Source: an uncultured Candidatus Saccharibacteria bacterium
Lineage (GTDB): Bacteria; Patescibacteriota; Minisyncoccia; Phycocordibacterales; Phycocordibacteraceae
Length of the DNA stretch: 47,535 nucleotides
Assembly (NCBI GenBank): GCA_964535425.1
Contig: CAZHSZ010000001.1
Span: 32,489-80,023 of the forward strand
Reading direction: 5' to 3'
In this document: in pieces, positions 17,097-25,347 of the stretch
How positions within the stretch are numbered: the first letter of the stretch is position 1
Layout: every line of letters begins with the position of its first letter
Notes under the pieces: generated by a model
Database searches by the model: none
What the model saw: only the letters and a program-made list of their open reading frames with translations
What the model was told of the DNA's origin: nothing
Made by a program: the position numbers and the translations under genes

Positions 17097-17663
17097 TTAC
17101 TTGTTCAATACGGTATATTCCGCCAATTCTGCTGGCTTAAAGGTTTCGTAATATTCCAAATCGTTTTTTCTCCAGACTCCGTCCCATAGCTCGTCAGTAG
17201 GATTACCATATTCTTCCCGATCTCTCTTTTTGCCGCGTGCAATTGCCTCCTCTATTGGACAGTCGACCCATATCTTAACGGTAAAGTATTTCGCTAATTC
17301 CGGTCGAAAAAGACCCACGCCTTCGATGATAAGTATTCCGTTATTTTGGATCTCGCGAGTTTCAGAAATCATTTCGTCTTTTGCATTGAAGTGTTCGTAC
17401 CGAATAGCCTTATCCTTACGGAGGAAAGGAATACAAATCTCCTTTTCGAGCCGGGCATAATCCATGATATTCCAAAGCGAATATGAAGTATCGAAGGCCC
17501 CTTTCTTTTGGAAAGAATCAACGCCGACGACGGGCGCGTTGAGCAATTCTCCAAGTTTTTTCGCTATAGATGACTTACCGGAGCCGCCAAAACCAGATAC
17601 TCCAATTAGAGTTGGCTTTGAAAGCTGTTTTAACGTATCTACGAGACTAGTATCTATCTGCAT
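17097..17663 (-). CDS. P-loop nucleoside/nucleotide kinase-like protein (uridine-kinase-like fold)
   Basis: 188 aa. Walker A GVSGFGGSGKSS. Size and layout resemble small P-loop kinases. Visibly AT-richer than the surrounding sequence. Confidence 0.65.
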   Translation of the reverse strand: MQIDTSLVDTLKQLSKPTLIGVSGFGGSGKSSIAKKLGELLNAPVVGVDSFQKKGAFDTSYSLWNIMDYARLEKEICIPFLRKDKAIRYEHFNAKDEMISETREIQNNGILIIEGVGLFRPELAKYFTVKIWVDCPIEEAIARGKKRDREEYGNPTDELWDGVWRKNDLEYYETFKPAELAEYTVLNK

Positions 17664-17703
17664 CCGAAAAGACTATCACGAGCAGTAGTTTGAAATTCAA
17701 AAA

Positions 17704-18165
17704 CTACAGACCTTTGCAGGTAGAGGACGGGCCGAAGCCTGCTGCTTCGGCCTCCTCCTTGGTATTGAAATAGATTTTGTTCTCTTCCTTTATGCGGTTT
17801 GCGGTACCGCAGGACGGAAGGTAGTACTTAGTGCCATTTTTCGATGCCACGTACTTCCCCGTTTCAGCGGTGGCTGTGCCCGTTTTCTCCTGCTTGGCGG
17901 GAGGCGTATAGGTCTTTGATACCGTGCCTGATTTCGGGCTTTTAGGGATGGGGGCGAGGGCAGCTGCGGCCGATATATCAGCCCCCGGGGCTACCTGCTG
18001 TATCTCCACCCCTCCCCTCTCCCGGGCCATATCCTGGCCCGTAAGTACACCGAGCCCGTAGCTTGCCGAGGACGCCAGAAGCACTACCAGGGCCGTTAAA
18101 AGGCCGTCCGGGAGCTTCCCGGGGCCTATCTTGCCCACCTCAGCCGTATGGGGTATAATCGCCAT
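17704..18165 (-). CDS. Membrane-anchored protein with C-terminal Cys-containing Ada-like ('sunset'-type) domain
   Basis: 153 aa. N-terminal [23 protein letters not shown]-terminus [49 protein letters not shown] matches the Y(H/Y)xPxC....I...N...F.S..EA...G(Y/F)xP...C pattern I recall from small secreted or anchored bacterial proteins. Confidence 0.55.
   Translation of the reverse strand: MAIIPHTAEVGKIGPGKLPDGLLTALVVLLASSASYGLGVLTGQDMARERGGVEIQQVAPGADISAAAALAPIPKSPKSGTVSKTYTPPAKQEKTGTATAETGKYVASKNGTKYYLPSCGTANRIKEENKIYFNTKEEAEAAGFGPSSTCKGL
18131..18159 (+). promoter_or_regulatory. rpmA promoter (TTGCCC-N17-TATAAT)
   Basis: -35 at 18131-18136, 17-nt spacer, perfect -10 at 18154-18159. Lies inside the 5' coding end of the divergent gene. 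About 20-nt leader without a Shine-Dalgarno sequence. Confidence 0.5.
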
Positions 18166-18185
18166 ACCGAAAACATCATACCACT

Positions 18186-18458
18186 ATGGCATCAACGAAA
18201 GCTGGAGGTTCAGCCAAAAACCTAAATGACTCAAACCCTAAATATCTCGGGGTAAAGCTCGGTGACGGCGCTGCCGCACGCGCAGGCATGGTTATCGTCC
18301 GCCAGCGCGGCACGAAGATTATGGCCGGCACGAATGTCCGCGTCGGAAAGGACCACACCCTTTATGCCGCGACCGGAGGCAAGGTATCATTCACCGAACG
18401 CCGCAAGACCGGCTTTGATGGCCGCACTACCCGCCGCAAGGTTGTAAGCGTTATCTAA
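18186..18458 (+). CDS. rpmA: 50S ribosomal protein bL27
   Basis: [24 protein letters not shown]...[25 protein letters not shown] is collinear with bacterial L27. Confidence 0.95.
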   Translation: MASTKAGGSAKNLNDSNPKYLGVKLGDGAAARAGMVIVRQRGTKIMAGTNVRVGKDHTLYAATGGKVSFTERRKTGFDGRTTRRKVVSVI

Positions 18459-18474
18459 TAACGCAAGACAAAAG

Positions 18475-18506
18475 AAAAAGCCCCGCGAGAGCGGGGCTTT
18501 TCTTTT
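18475..18506. terminator. Bidirectional-type intrinsic terminator after rpmA
   Basis: aaaaaGCCCCGC-gaga-GCGGGGCttttcttttg: a GC stem with GNRA loop flanked by an A-tract and a T-tract. Confidence 0.7.
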
Positions 18507-18607
18507 GTCTTTTCTTAAACGGGGTCCCCATTCCTATGGGGGAGCGAGCGGCCGATTGCGTACGTGAAGCTGTCTTCAGCTGAACAAAAGCAATCGGGCA
18601 AGCGAGC

Positions 18608-19033
18608 TTATTCTGCGACGATTTCGATGCTGAACTTGCCGAACTGCTCTCCTACCGCAACCGCTACTTCATGCTCGCCAAGTTCCTTGAACGGCTTTTC
18701 GATGCGGATAGCGTCTACCGGGAGGTTCGCCTTTTCAGCGATTTCAGCTGCGTCTACCGCGTCATAGAGATGACCCTTTTCGTTTGCCTTCTTTACGAAG
18801 GTTACCTTGCCTTCCGCGAGTGCCGCGAGGCGTTCCTCGACAATCTTCGCCGAGAGTGCGCGCTGCTCGTCCGCACGCTTTGCGTGGATCTCTGCATGCT
18901 TCATGGCTGCCGGAGTAGCTGGAACCGCGTGTCCGCGAGGAATAAGGAGGTTCAGGGCGTGTCCGTCCTTCACGTCTACGACGGTATGCGCGCGGCCCGT
19001 GCCCTTGATGTCTTTCGTAAGTATTACTTTCAT
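18608..19033 (-). CDS. rplI: 50S ribosomal protein bL9
   Basis: MKVILTKDIKGTGRAHTVVDVKDGHALNLLIPRGHAVPAT... is a typical L9 N-domain, followed by a long helix and a C-domain. Confidence 0.95.
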   Translation of the reverse strand: MKVILTKDIKGTGRAHTVVDVKDGHALNLLIPRGHAVPATPAAMKHAEIHAKRADEQRALSAKIVEERLAALAEGKVTFVKKANEKGHLYDAVDAAEIAEKANLPVDAIRIEKPFKELGEHEVAVAVGEQFGKFSIEIVAE

Positions 19034-19072
19034 AGTCCGCCTATCCTACCCTTTTTACCCCCTACAGGCAAC

Positions 19073-20341
19073 CTACTTTCCGGTTACCAAGAATTGTATT
19101 GCGCGGGCTTTTTGCGGATCTTTTCCTGCCGCAAAGTCCTCCTGCGTGCGTTCTACCTTGATATCCGGAGTAAGCCCGCCGTCTGAGATGGAGCGGCCAG
19201 ATGGGGTGAGCCAGCGCGCGACCGTCACTTTGAGGGAGCCGCCACCGATGTCCACAAGCTCTTGCACGGAGCCCTTTCCGAAGGAGCGGGTACCGATGAG
19301 GGTCGCGACCTTGTTGTCCTGGAGCGCGCCTGAAAGGATTTCGGAAGCGGATGCCGAACCCTGGTCGATGAGGATAGCGACCTGCGTGCCTTCCGGAATA
19401 TGGGTGCCACCCTTGGTGCGATGCACGATATTTTCCTGATGGCCCTTGTAGTCCTCGGTCACGACCGTCGTGCCTTCCGGGAGGAAGTTTGAGGCGATGC
19501 GCACGGCCGCTTCAAGATAGCCGCCCGGATTGCCGCGAAGGTCGATGAGGAGCTTCTTTGAGCCTGAGGCGCGGAAGTCAGCGAGTGCCGCATTTACCTG
19601 GGACGCGGAGTTTGCGGTGAAGGTGTAGAGCGCGATGACGTATACGCCGCTTTCCTGGTCGATGCCGTTCGTGATGTTCGGGACGTTTATCACGTCGCGC
19701 ACGACCGTGATTTCGGAGACCTCTCCGGCGCGGAATATGCGGAACTTCACCGGCGTGCCCTTTTCCCCGCGTATGAGCTTTACCGCTTCGTCCGTCGACA
19801 TGCCTTCCGTCGACTTCTCATCAATCGAGATAATCTGGTCTCCTGGACGGATGCCCGCCTTTTCCGCAGGCGTGTCTTTCAAAGGCGCAATGACCGTAAG
19901 CACCCCTTCCTTGTTTACGCCGATTTCCATACCCACTCCCGTGAAGTTGCCAGCAATGTCTTCCGCGAAAATCTTCGCCTGTTCCGGCGGCATAAACACC
20001 GTGTACGGATCGCCAAACGCCTTCGTCATTCCCTGGATGGCGCCCCAGATTTTTTCTTCGGACTTAGGCGCGGACGTAGTGCCGTGCGTTTGCACGAAAC
20101 GCTGATTTAGCGTATTCCATGCCTTCCAAAAATCACCGAGGTCGGCGGTGGCATCGGGAGTGGCATCGAGCCCGTCGGAAAGAAACGGCGCGCGCGCAAG
20201 CAAATCCTTTCCATCGGCGCCCACCAAAAATCCGCTGCCGAACGAGAGCACTGCAACGAGCGCGAAAAGCACCGCAAGGCGCGCAAGTCCCATAAATTTT
20301 TTCCGCTCTTCAGGAGCGGCTTCGGCGTCAAAATCCTCCAT
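19073..20341 (-). CDS. S41 family C-terminal processing peptidase (CtpA/Prc-like) with PDZ domain
   Basis: Track ORF (to 20728) trimmed to ATG 20341 (MEDFDAEAAPEERKKFMGLARLAVLF...), which is preceded by TGcTAGAAT plus 8 nt. PDZ segment GIRPGDQIISIDEKSTEGMS. Catalytic region LIDQGSASASEILSGAL. Confidence 0.85.
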   Translation of the reverse strand: MEDFDAEAAPEERKKFMGLARLAVLFALVAVLSFGSGFLVGADGKDLLARAPFLSDGLDATPDATADLGDFWKAWNTLNQRFVQTHGTTSAPKSEEKIWGAIQGMTKAFGDPYTVFMPPEQAKIFAEDIAGNFTGVGMEIGVNKEGVLTVIAPLKDTPAEKAGIRPGDQIISIDEKSTEGMSTDEAVKLIRGEKGTPVKFRIFRAGEVSEITVVRDVINVPNITNGIDQESGVYVIALYTFTANSASQVNAALADFRASGSKKLLIDLRGNPGGYLEAAVRIASNFLPEGTTVVTEDYKGHQENIVHRTKGGTHIPEGTQVAILIDQGSASASEILSGALQDNKVATLIGTRSFGKGSVQELVDIGGGSLKVTVARWLTPSGRSISDGGLTPDIKVERTQEDFAAGKDPQKARAIQFLVTGK

Positions 20342-20428
20342 TACCCGAAATTCTAGCATGCACCGCTCAATACCTTCGTGTGGAATACGTGCAGAACTAC
20401 GCGCATTCGCACGGTATACTTCAAGCAA

Positions 20429-21343
20429 ATGATAACCAGGCATGAACGCGCAGGCGTCATATGGGTCGACCTCGAGTCGCCTACCCGCGAAGAGCTTCGC
20501 TCGGTCGTTGAGGAATTTTCCATAGACTCCCAAGTAGAGGAGGAAATCATCGCGCCCACCCCGTATCCGCTCTTCGTCGCCTCCCCTGAATACGCCTATC
20601 TCATCCTCCACTTCCCTACGGCGGAAATTTCCGGCGGCGCGCGCAATCAGGAGATAGATATCATTGTTGGAAAGAACTTCCTCGTGACGGCACGCTATGA
20701 GGTCGTCGGTACCATTCTCTCTCTGCACAAGGCGTTCGAGGCTGAAGAACTTCTCGGTATCCCGAACGATGGTGGAGCGCCCGTGCTCCTCGAGCGCCTC
20801 TTGCGTCGCCTCTACAGCTCAATGGGCGAAGAGACCGAACGCGTCGCCCGCTCCTTGGAGCGCATCGAGCAGGACATCTTCTCCGGCAAAGAACGTAAGA
20901 CCGTGCGGGCCATTTCGGAAGCCGGCCGCATCCTGCTTCGTTTTGAGACCACACTTACCCGCCACACCGAAGCCTTGACCGCATTTCTCGAAGAGCTTCA
21001 GACCACTGCATTCTTTGGAAAGAAGTTTGCGAAGCAGGCATCGCGCATCGAGGCAGAGCGCTCGCACGCCGCATCCCTCGTGATGTCGTTTCGCGCCGTC
21101 GCACGCGAGCTTCGTACCACGAACGACTCACTCCTTTCCTCTTCTCAGAACGAAGTTATGAAGGTCTTCACCTTTATGAGCGTCGCCTTTCTCCCGCTCA
21201 CCCTTATCGCCGCGCTCTTCGGCATGCACGCAAAGCATGCACCGATACTCGGCCACGAACACGACTTCTGGATAATCATCCTTTTCATGCTGGCTATTGA
21301 GATGCTCCTCATCCTCTATATGCGTTTGAAAAAATGGATTTGA
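20429..21343 (+). CDS. corA: CorA-family divalent cation transporter (non-canonical GMH in place of GMN)
   Basis: Start moved to ATG 20429 (MITRHERAGVIWVDLESPTREEL...). Two C-terminal TM helices with FGMHA where CorA normally has YGMNF. Confidence 0.8.
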   Translation: MITRHERAGVIWVDLESPTREELRSVVEEFSIDSQVEEEIIAPTPYPLFVASPEYAYLILHFPTAEISGGARNQEIDIIVGKNFLVTARYEVVGTILSLHKAFEAEELLGIPNDGGAPVLLERLLRRLYSSMGEETERVARSLERIEQDIFSGKERKTVRAISEAGRILLRFETTLTRHTEALTAFLEELQTTAFFGKKFAKQASRIEAERSHAASLVMSFRAVARELRTTNDSLLSSSQNEVMKVFTFMSVAFLPLTLIAALFGMHAKHAPILGHEHDFWIIILFMLAIEMLLILYMRLKKWI

Positions 21344-21365
21344 GTGAAATGGTAAAGTAAGCCCT

Positions 21366-22799
21366 ATGTGGCCCTTCGGTAATAGCAAAAAGCGCATCCC
21401 ACTCCCCTCCTTTACGAACACCCTCACGGGTACGAAGGAACTTTTCGTACCGCGAAAGCTCGGCAAGGCGACCCTTTACTCCTGCGGACCGACCGTCTAC
21501 GGCCCCGTGCAAATCGGAAACCTCCGCTCGTTTGTACTTGCAGACCTCGCCGCCCGAACCCTCCACCTTGCCGGATACAAGGTGAAGCGCGTGATGAACA
21601 TTACGGACGTCGGGCATATGGTGGGCGACGTCGACGAAGGCGAAGACAAGATGGCTGTGGGCGCTAAGCGCGAGCAGACGACGCCTGAAGCTATCGCGGA
21701 GCGCTATGCGACACTCTTCCTTGAAGACATCCAAAAGCTTGGCATCGATACCTCGCTCCTTACGTTCCCGAAAGCGACGACCTATATAAAGGAAGACGTC
21801 GAGATGATTCGGAAGCTCGAGCGCAAAGGATTCACCTACCGTACTTCGGAAGGCATTTATTTCGATACCAAGAAGTTCCCGTCCTATGGAAAGCTCGGCA
21901 ATATGGACAAGGCCACACTTCGCGCAGGCGCCCGCGTCGATATGGGCGAGAAGCGTTCGCCCTCGGACTTCGTGCTCTGGCGAAACGCCAAGGAAAACGA
22001 TTTGCAGAAGTGGGAGTCGCCGTGGGGCCCGGGAAATCCTGGCTGGAGCATCGAGTGTTCCGTCATGAGCTCGGCGCTCTTGGGTGAACAGATAGACATG
22101 CACACGGGCGGCGAAGATCTCGCATCAATCCACCACAACAATGAAATCGCGCAGTCGGAAGCGGCATCAGGCAAGCATCCGTTCGTACGCTACTGGCTCC
22201 ACGGCGCATTCCTTACGATAGGCGGCGAGAAGCTTTCGAAGTCCGCCGGCAACTCCTTCACGCTCGCCGACATCATTGAACGCGGCATCCATCCGCTCGC
22301 GCTCCGCTATCTTTTCCTCGGGGCGCACTACCGCTCTCCCCTCTCCTTCTCATGGGAAGCGCTACAGGGCGCCGAAGACGCCCTGAAGCGCTTATGGAAA
22401 ATCGCCCGTACGGTGAAAAAAGAATCAGGAGAAAAAGAAGCGAATACCGTGTCGCACCTCGCACTGAAGTCGGCGCTCTTCGACGACATCGGCACCCCGC
22501 AGGCGCTTGCGCTGCTGTGGAGCACGCTTCAGGACAGCACGCTTGATGCGCGCGAGAAGTGGGCTTGGCTCGTGATGGCGGACTCAGTCTTTGGTCTCTC
22601 CCTCACCCACCCTCCGGAGGAGTTTAATCCTCTCCTTATCTTCGATTTGCCAGAAGATGTACAAACCATTGCACAAAACCGCGAAGAAGCTCGTAAAAAC
22701 AAGGATTTTGGCAAATCGGACGAGCTCCGTATCCACCTCAAGGAACGGGGATATCTTGTGGAAGACGGGCCTTCCGGCGCTACATACACAAAGATTTAA
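21366..22799 (+). CDS. cysS: Cysteine--tRNA ligase
   Basis: CGPTVYGPVQIGNLR (HIGH region), PGWSIECSVM, HTGGEDLASIHHNNEIAQSEA, KLSKSAGN (KMSKS). Confidence 0.9.
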   Translation: MWPFGNSKKRIPLPSFTNTLTGTKELFVPRKLGKATLYSCGPTVYGPVQIGNLRSFVLADLAARTLHLAGYKVKRVMNITDVGHMVGDVDEGEDKMAVGAKREQTTPEAIAERYATLFLEDIQKLGIDTSLLTFPKATTYIKEDVEMIRKLERKGFTYRTSEGIYFDTKKFPSYGKLGNMDKATLRAGARVDMGEKRSPSDFVLWRNAKENDLQKWESPWGPGNPGWSIECSVMSSALLGEQIDMHTGGEDLASIHHNNEIAQSEAASGKHPFVRYWLHGAFLTIGGEKLSKSAGNSFTLADIIERGIHPLALRYLFLGAHYRSPLSFSWEALQGAEDALKRLWKIARTVKKESGEKEANTVSHLALKSALFDDIGTPQALALLWSTLQDSTLDAREKWAWLVMADSVFGLSLTHPPEEFNPLLIFDLPEDVQTIAQNREEARKNKDFGKSDELRIHLKERGYLVEDGPSGATYTKI

Positions 22800-22820
22800 T
22801 GATAGTAGAATAGGCCTACC

Positions 22821-24176
22821 ATGGCCGACGGAAGAATCCCTCCCCAGTCCCTTGAGTCCGAACGCGGACTTTTGGGCGCGCTCCTTTTGAAACCGGACGT
22901 CATACACGACGTGGGCGACACGGTGCGCGGCGAATCTTTCTACGCGGAAAAGCACAAAATCATCTATGAGACGATGCGCGAATTGTCCGACAAGGGCGAG
23001 CCTATCGATATTCTCTCCCTTTCAGAACGCTTGCAGGGACTCGGGCACTTGGAGCGCATCGGCGGCCGCGCGTACCTCGCGGAGCTTACGAACTCCGCGC
23101 CATCGGCCGGAAACTATGCGCACTATGCGGACCTCGTTTCAAGGAAGCACCTGATGCGCGCCTTGATTGACGCGTCGCACGCGATTGAGGAATCCGCATA
23201 CGATGAGGCGCGCGACACTATCGAAGTCCTCGACGCTGCGGAGAAAGCCGTGATGTCGATAAGCGACGGCACCGGCTCGCACAAATTCACCGCGATTGGC
23301 GATATGGTGGACGATACCTTCGAGCGCATCGATGCGCTCTCAAAGCGCGAAGACGGCATACGCGGCGTCCCTACCGGCTACACCGCGCTTGATAATATGC
23401 TCTCCGGCCTCCACAAGTCCGACCTCGTCATCCTTGCCGCGCGCCCGTCAGTCGGTAAGACCTCGCTCGCGCTTGATATCGCGCGAAACGCGGCCGTAAA
23501 CCACGGCGTGCCGGTAGGCATCTTCTCCCTTGAAATGAGCTCCGAACAGCTCGTCGACCGTATGCTAGCGGCAGAATCGCGCGTGGACTCCTGGAAAATC
23601 CGCACGGGCGCCGTGAAAGACCAGGACGACTTCGCGGAAATCCGTAACGCGCTCGAGCGCCTCTCGAAAGCACCTATCTATATTGATGACAAGCCGGGCA
23701 ACAACATCCTCGCCATGCGCTCGGTCGCCCGCCGCCTGAAGCGCGAGCACGGCATCGGCCTTATCGTCGTGGACTATCTCCAGCTCATGAACCCCACGAA
23801 TACGAAGGCGTCCGACTCCATGGTGCAGCAGGTCACCGAAATCTCCCGCTCCCTGAAGGGTCTTGCCCGTGAGCTCCAAGTGCCGGTGCTTGCGCTCTCC
23901 CAGCTCTCCCGCGCAGTGGAGCAGCGCGGCGGCAAGCCTCGCCTCTCAGACCTCCGCGACTCCGGTTCTATCGAGCAGGACGCGGACGTGGTGATGTTCA
24001 TCCACCGCGAAGACCGCACGAATCCGGACAGCGATCGCCAGAACATCGCGGAAATTTTGATTGAAAAGCATCGTAACGGCCCGACCGGAAAAGTGGACCT
24101 CTACTTCGATGATAAGCGAACCTCCTTCCAGTCGCTCGATACTAAGGGGTATGGTGACCTCGCAAACGAGTTCTAA
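22821..24176 (+). CDS. dnaB: Replicative DNA helicase DnaB
   Basis: PPQSLESERGLLGALLL N-terminal motif, Walker A ARPSVGKTSLAL, SLEMS, IVVDYLQLM, SQLSRAVEQR. Confidence 0.95.
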   Translation: MADGRIPPQSLESERGLLGALLLKPDVIHDVGDTVRGESFYAEKHKIIYETMRELSDKGEPIDILSLSERLQGLGHLERIGGRAYLAELTNSAPSAGNYAHYADLVSRKHLMRALIDASHAIEESAYDEARDTIEVLDAAEKAVMSISDGTGSHKFTAIGDMVDDTFERIDALSKREDGIRGVPTGYTALDNMLSGLHKSDLVILAARPSVGKTSLALDIARNAAVNHGVPVGIFSLEMSSEQLVDRMLAAESRVDSWKIRTGAVKDQDDFAEIRNALERLSKAPIYIDDKPGNNILAMRSVARRLKREHGIGLIVVDYLQLMNPTNTKASDSMVQQVTEISRSLKGLARELQVPVLALSQLSRAVEQRGGKPRLSDLRDSGSIEQDADVVMFIHREDRTNPDSDRQNIAEILIEKHRNGPTGKVDLYFDDKRTSFQSLDTKGYGDLANEF

Positions 24177-24178
24177 CT

Positions 24179-24781
24179 ATGGCTGACCGTTTAGAAGACT
24201 TGGCGCGCGCATTCGAACGCTTCCCTGGCATAGGCCCGCGTCAGGCGCGCCGCTTCGTATACCATCTGCTTGGCGCCACTCCTTCTGACCGCTCGCGCAT
24301 GGCGGATTTGATTACGAACCTCGCAAGCGATGTGCGCCAGTGCACCGAATGTATGCGCTTTGCTAACGGCGGCGGACTCGTATGCTCGTATTGTGCAGAC
24401 ACTGCGCGCGACGACTCGCAGCTCTTAGTCGTGGAGAAAGACCAGGACCTGCTTGCGCTTGAACGCGCCGGTACCTACCGCGGTCGCTACTTCGTACTCG
24501 GCGGTGTGCTCACCCTCTCAGGTAAGGGCGTGATACGCGAAAAGGAGTTATTGCGTGCGACGGAAAAACGCCTTGCGAAGGGACTCACTGAAATTATCCT
24601 CGCGCTCTCGGCGACAAGCGAAGGCGAGAATACTGTGGACCACCTCCGCCTCATCCTCACTCCGTACCGCGACAAGGTGAAGCTCACCGAGCTTGGGCGT
24701 GGGCTTGCGACCGGTTCAGAGCTTGAGTACTCCGACGCCGAAACTCTCTCGGGCGCACTCCAGAACCGAAAGGAGACGTAA
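24179..24781 (+). CDS. recR: Recombination protein RecR
   Basis: FERFPGIGPRQARRFVYHLL (HhH), Cys4 zinc finger CTECMRF...CSYC, Toprim region. Starts 2 nt after the dnaB stop. Confidence 0.95.
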   Translation: MADRLEDLARAFERFPGIGPRQARRFVYHLLGATPSDRSRMADLITNLASDVRQCTECMRFANGGGLVCSYCADTARDDSQLLVVEKDQDLLALERAGTYRGRYFVLGGVLTLSGKGVIREKELLRATEKRLAKGLTEIILALSATSEGENTVDHLRLILTPYRDKVKLTELGRGLATGSELEYSDAETLSGALQNRKET

Positions 24782-24783
24782 AG

Positions 24784-24813
24784 AAAAACCCCGCGGAGGC
24801 GGGGTTTTTCTTT
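24784..24813. terminator. Bidirectional intrinsic terminator shared by convergent recR and rplU
   Basis: aaaaaCCCCGC-ggag-GCGGGGtttttcttt. Abuts the recR stop (24779-24781) and the rplU stop (24812-24814). Confidence 0.75.
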
Positions 24814-25129
24814 ATGCTACTGCGTCAATCTTTACCTTCACGTACGGCTGCTTGTGGCCGCGGCGCTTCAAGTAGCGGCTCTTCGCCTTGTATTTGACCA
24901 CCTCGATTTTCTTGTGGCGGCCCACCATAGCTACTGTGCCTTTTACGACTGCGCCTTTTACGGAAGGAGTACCAACGTTTACCGTCGTACCATCATCAGT
25001 CATAAGCACCTCGGAGAAAGTCACAGAATCGCCCTTTTTAAGGTCTCCCGGGAGCTTCTCAATAGTCACAACATCGCCCTTGGCGACGACGTACTGCTTT
25101 CCGCCCGTCTTTATTACCGCTAGTTCCAT
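24812..25129 (-). CDS. rplU: 50S ribosomal protein bL21
   Basis: MELAVIKTGGKQYVVAKGDVVTIEKL... matches the L21 N-terminus (MYA(I/V)I.TGGKQ). Track ORF extended to 25189; ATG 25135 (MTMELAV) is an alternative start. Proximal promoter TTGCCT-N17-TACTCT ends 9 nt before ATG 25129. Confidence 0.9.
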   Translation of the reverse strand: MELAVIKTGGKQYVVAKGDVVTIEKLPGDLKKGDSVTFSEVLMTDDGTTVNVGTPSVKGAVVKGTVAMVGRHKKIEVVKYKAKSRYLKRRGHKQPYVKVKIDAVA

Positions 25130-25177
25130 AGTCATCGAAGAGTACCGTAAAAGCCTTATAAAGGCAATATAAAGGCA

Positions 25178-25307
25178 TATAAACAGCAAAGGGACAGGGT
25201 TATTAAGCCTGTCCCAGTGCCGAGACTCGGATCACCTCCTTTCTAGTGGCTGGAAAAGAGAGGCGAACCGCCTCGGCGAAGGTATGCGGCAACCCGCTAC
25301 CTCGGCT
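25178..25307 (-). ncRNA. Candidate ~125-nt RNA (or attenuating leader) carrying a 16-nt perfect complement to the 16S rRNA 3' tail
   Basis: Starts about 7 nt after the consensus promoter. Contains AGAAAGGAGGTGATCC (25244-25229) with no start codon at usable distance. Ends at the hairpin GGGACAGG/CCTGTCCC followed by TTTGCTGTTT. Confidence 0.35.
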
Positions 25308-25313
25308 GTACGT

Positions 25314-25341
25314 ATTATACATACTAGTATCAAAGTGTCAA
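25314..25341 (-). promoter_or_regulatory. Consensus sigma70-type promoter TTGACA-N16-TATAAT
   Basis: Minus strand reads agaggg TTGACA ctttgatactagtatg TATAAT acg. It follows the rmuC stop directly. Confidence 0.7.
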
Positions 25342-25347
25342 CCCTCT

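Noticed and set aside
25229-25244. Plus-strand GGATCACCTCCTTTCT, identical to a 16S rRNA 3' end: a possible rRNA gene fragment
   Set aside because: Nothing upstream resembles helix 45 or the rest of 16S (no GTAACC...GGGGAACCTGCGGTTGG). The plus strand here is insulated by the recR terminator. I interpret it as the complement of a minus-strand SD-like element instead.
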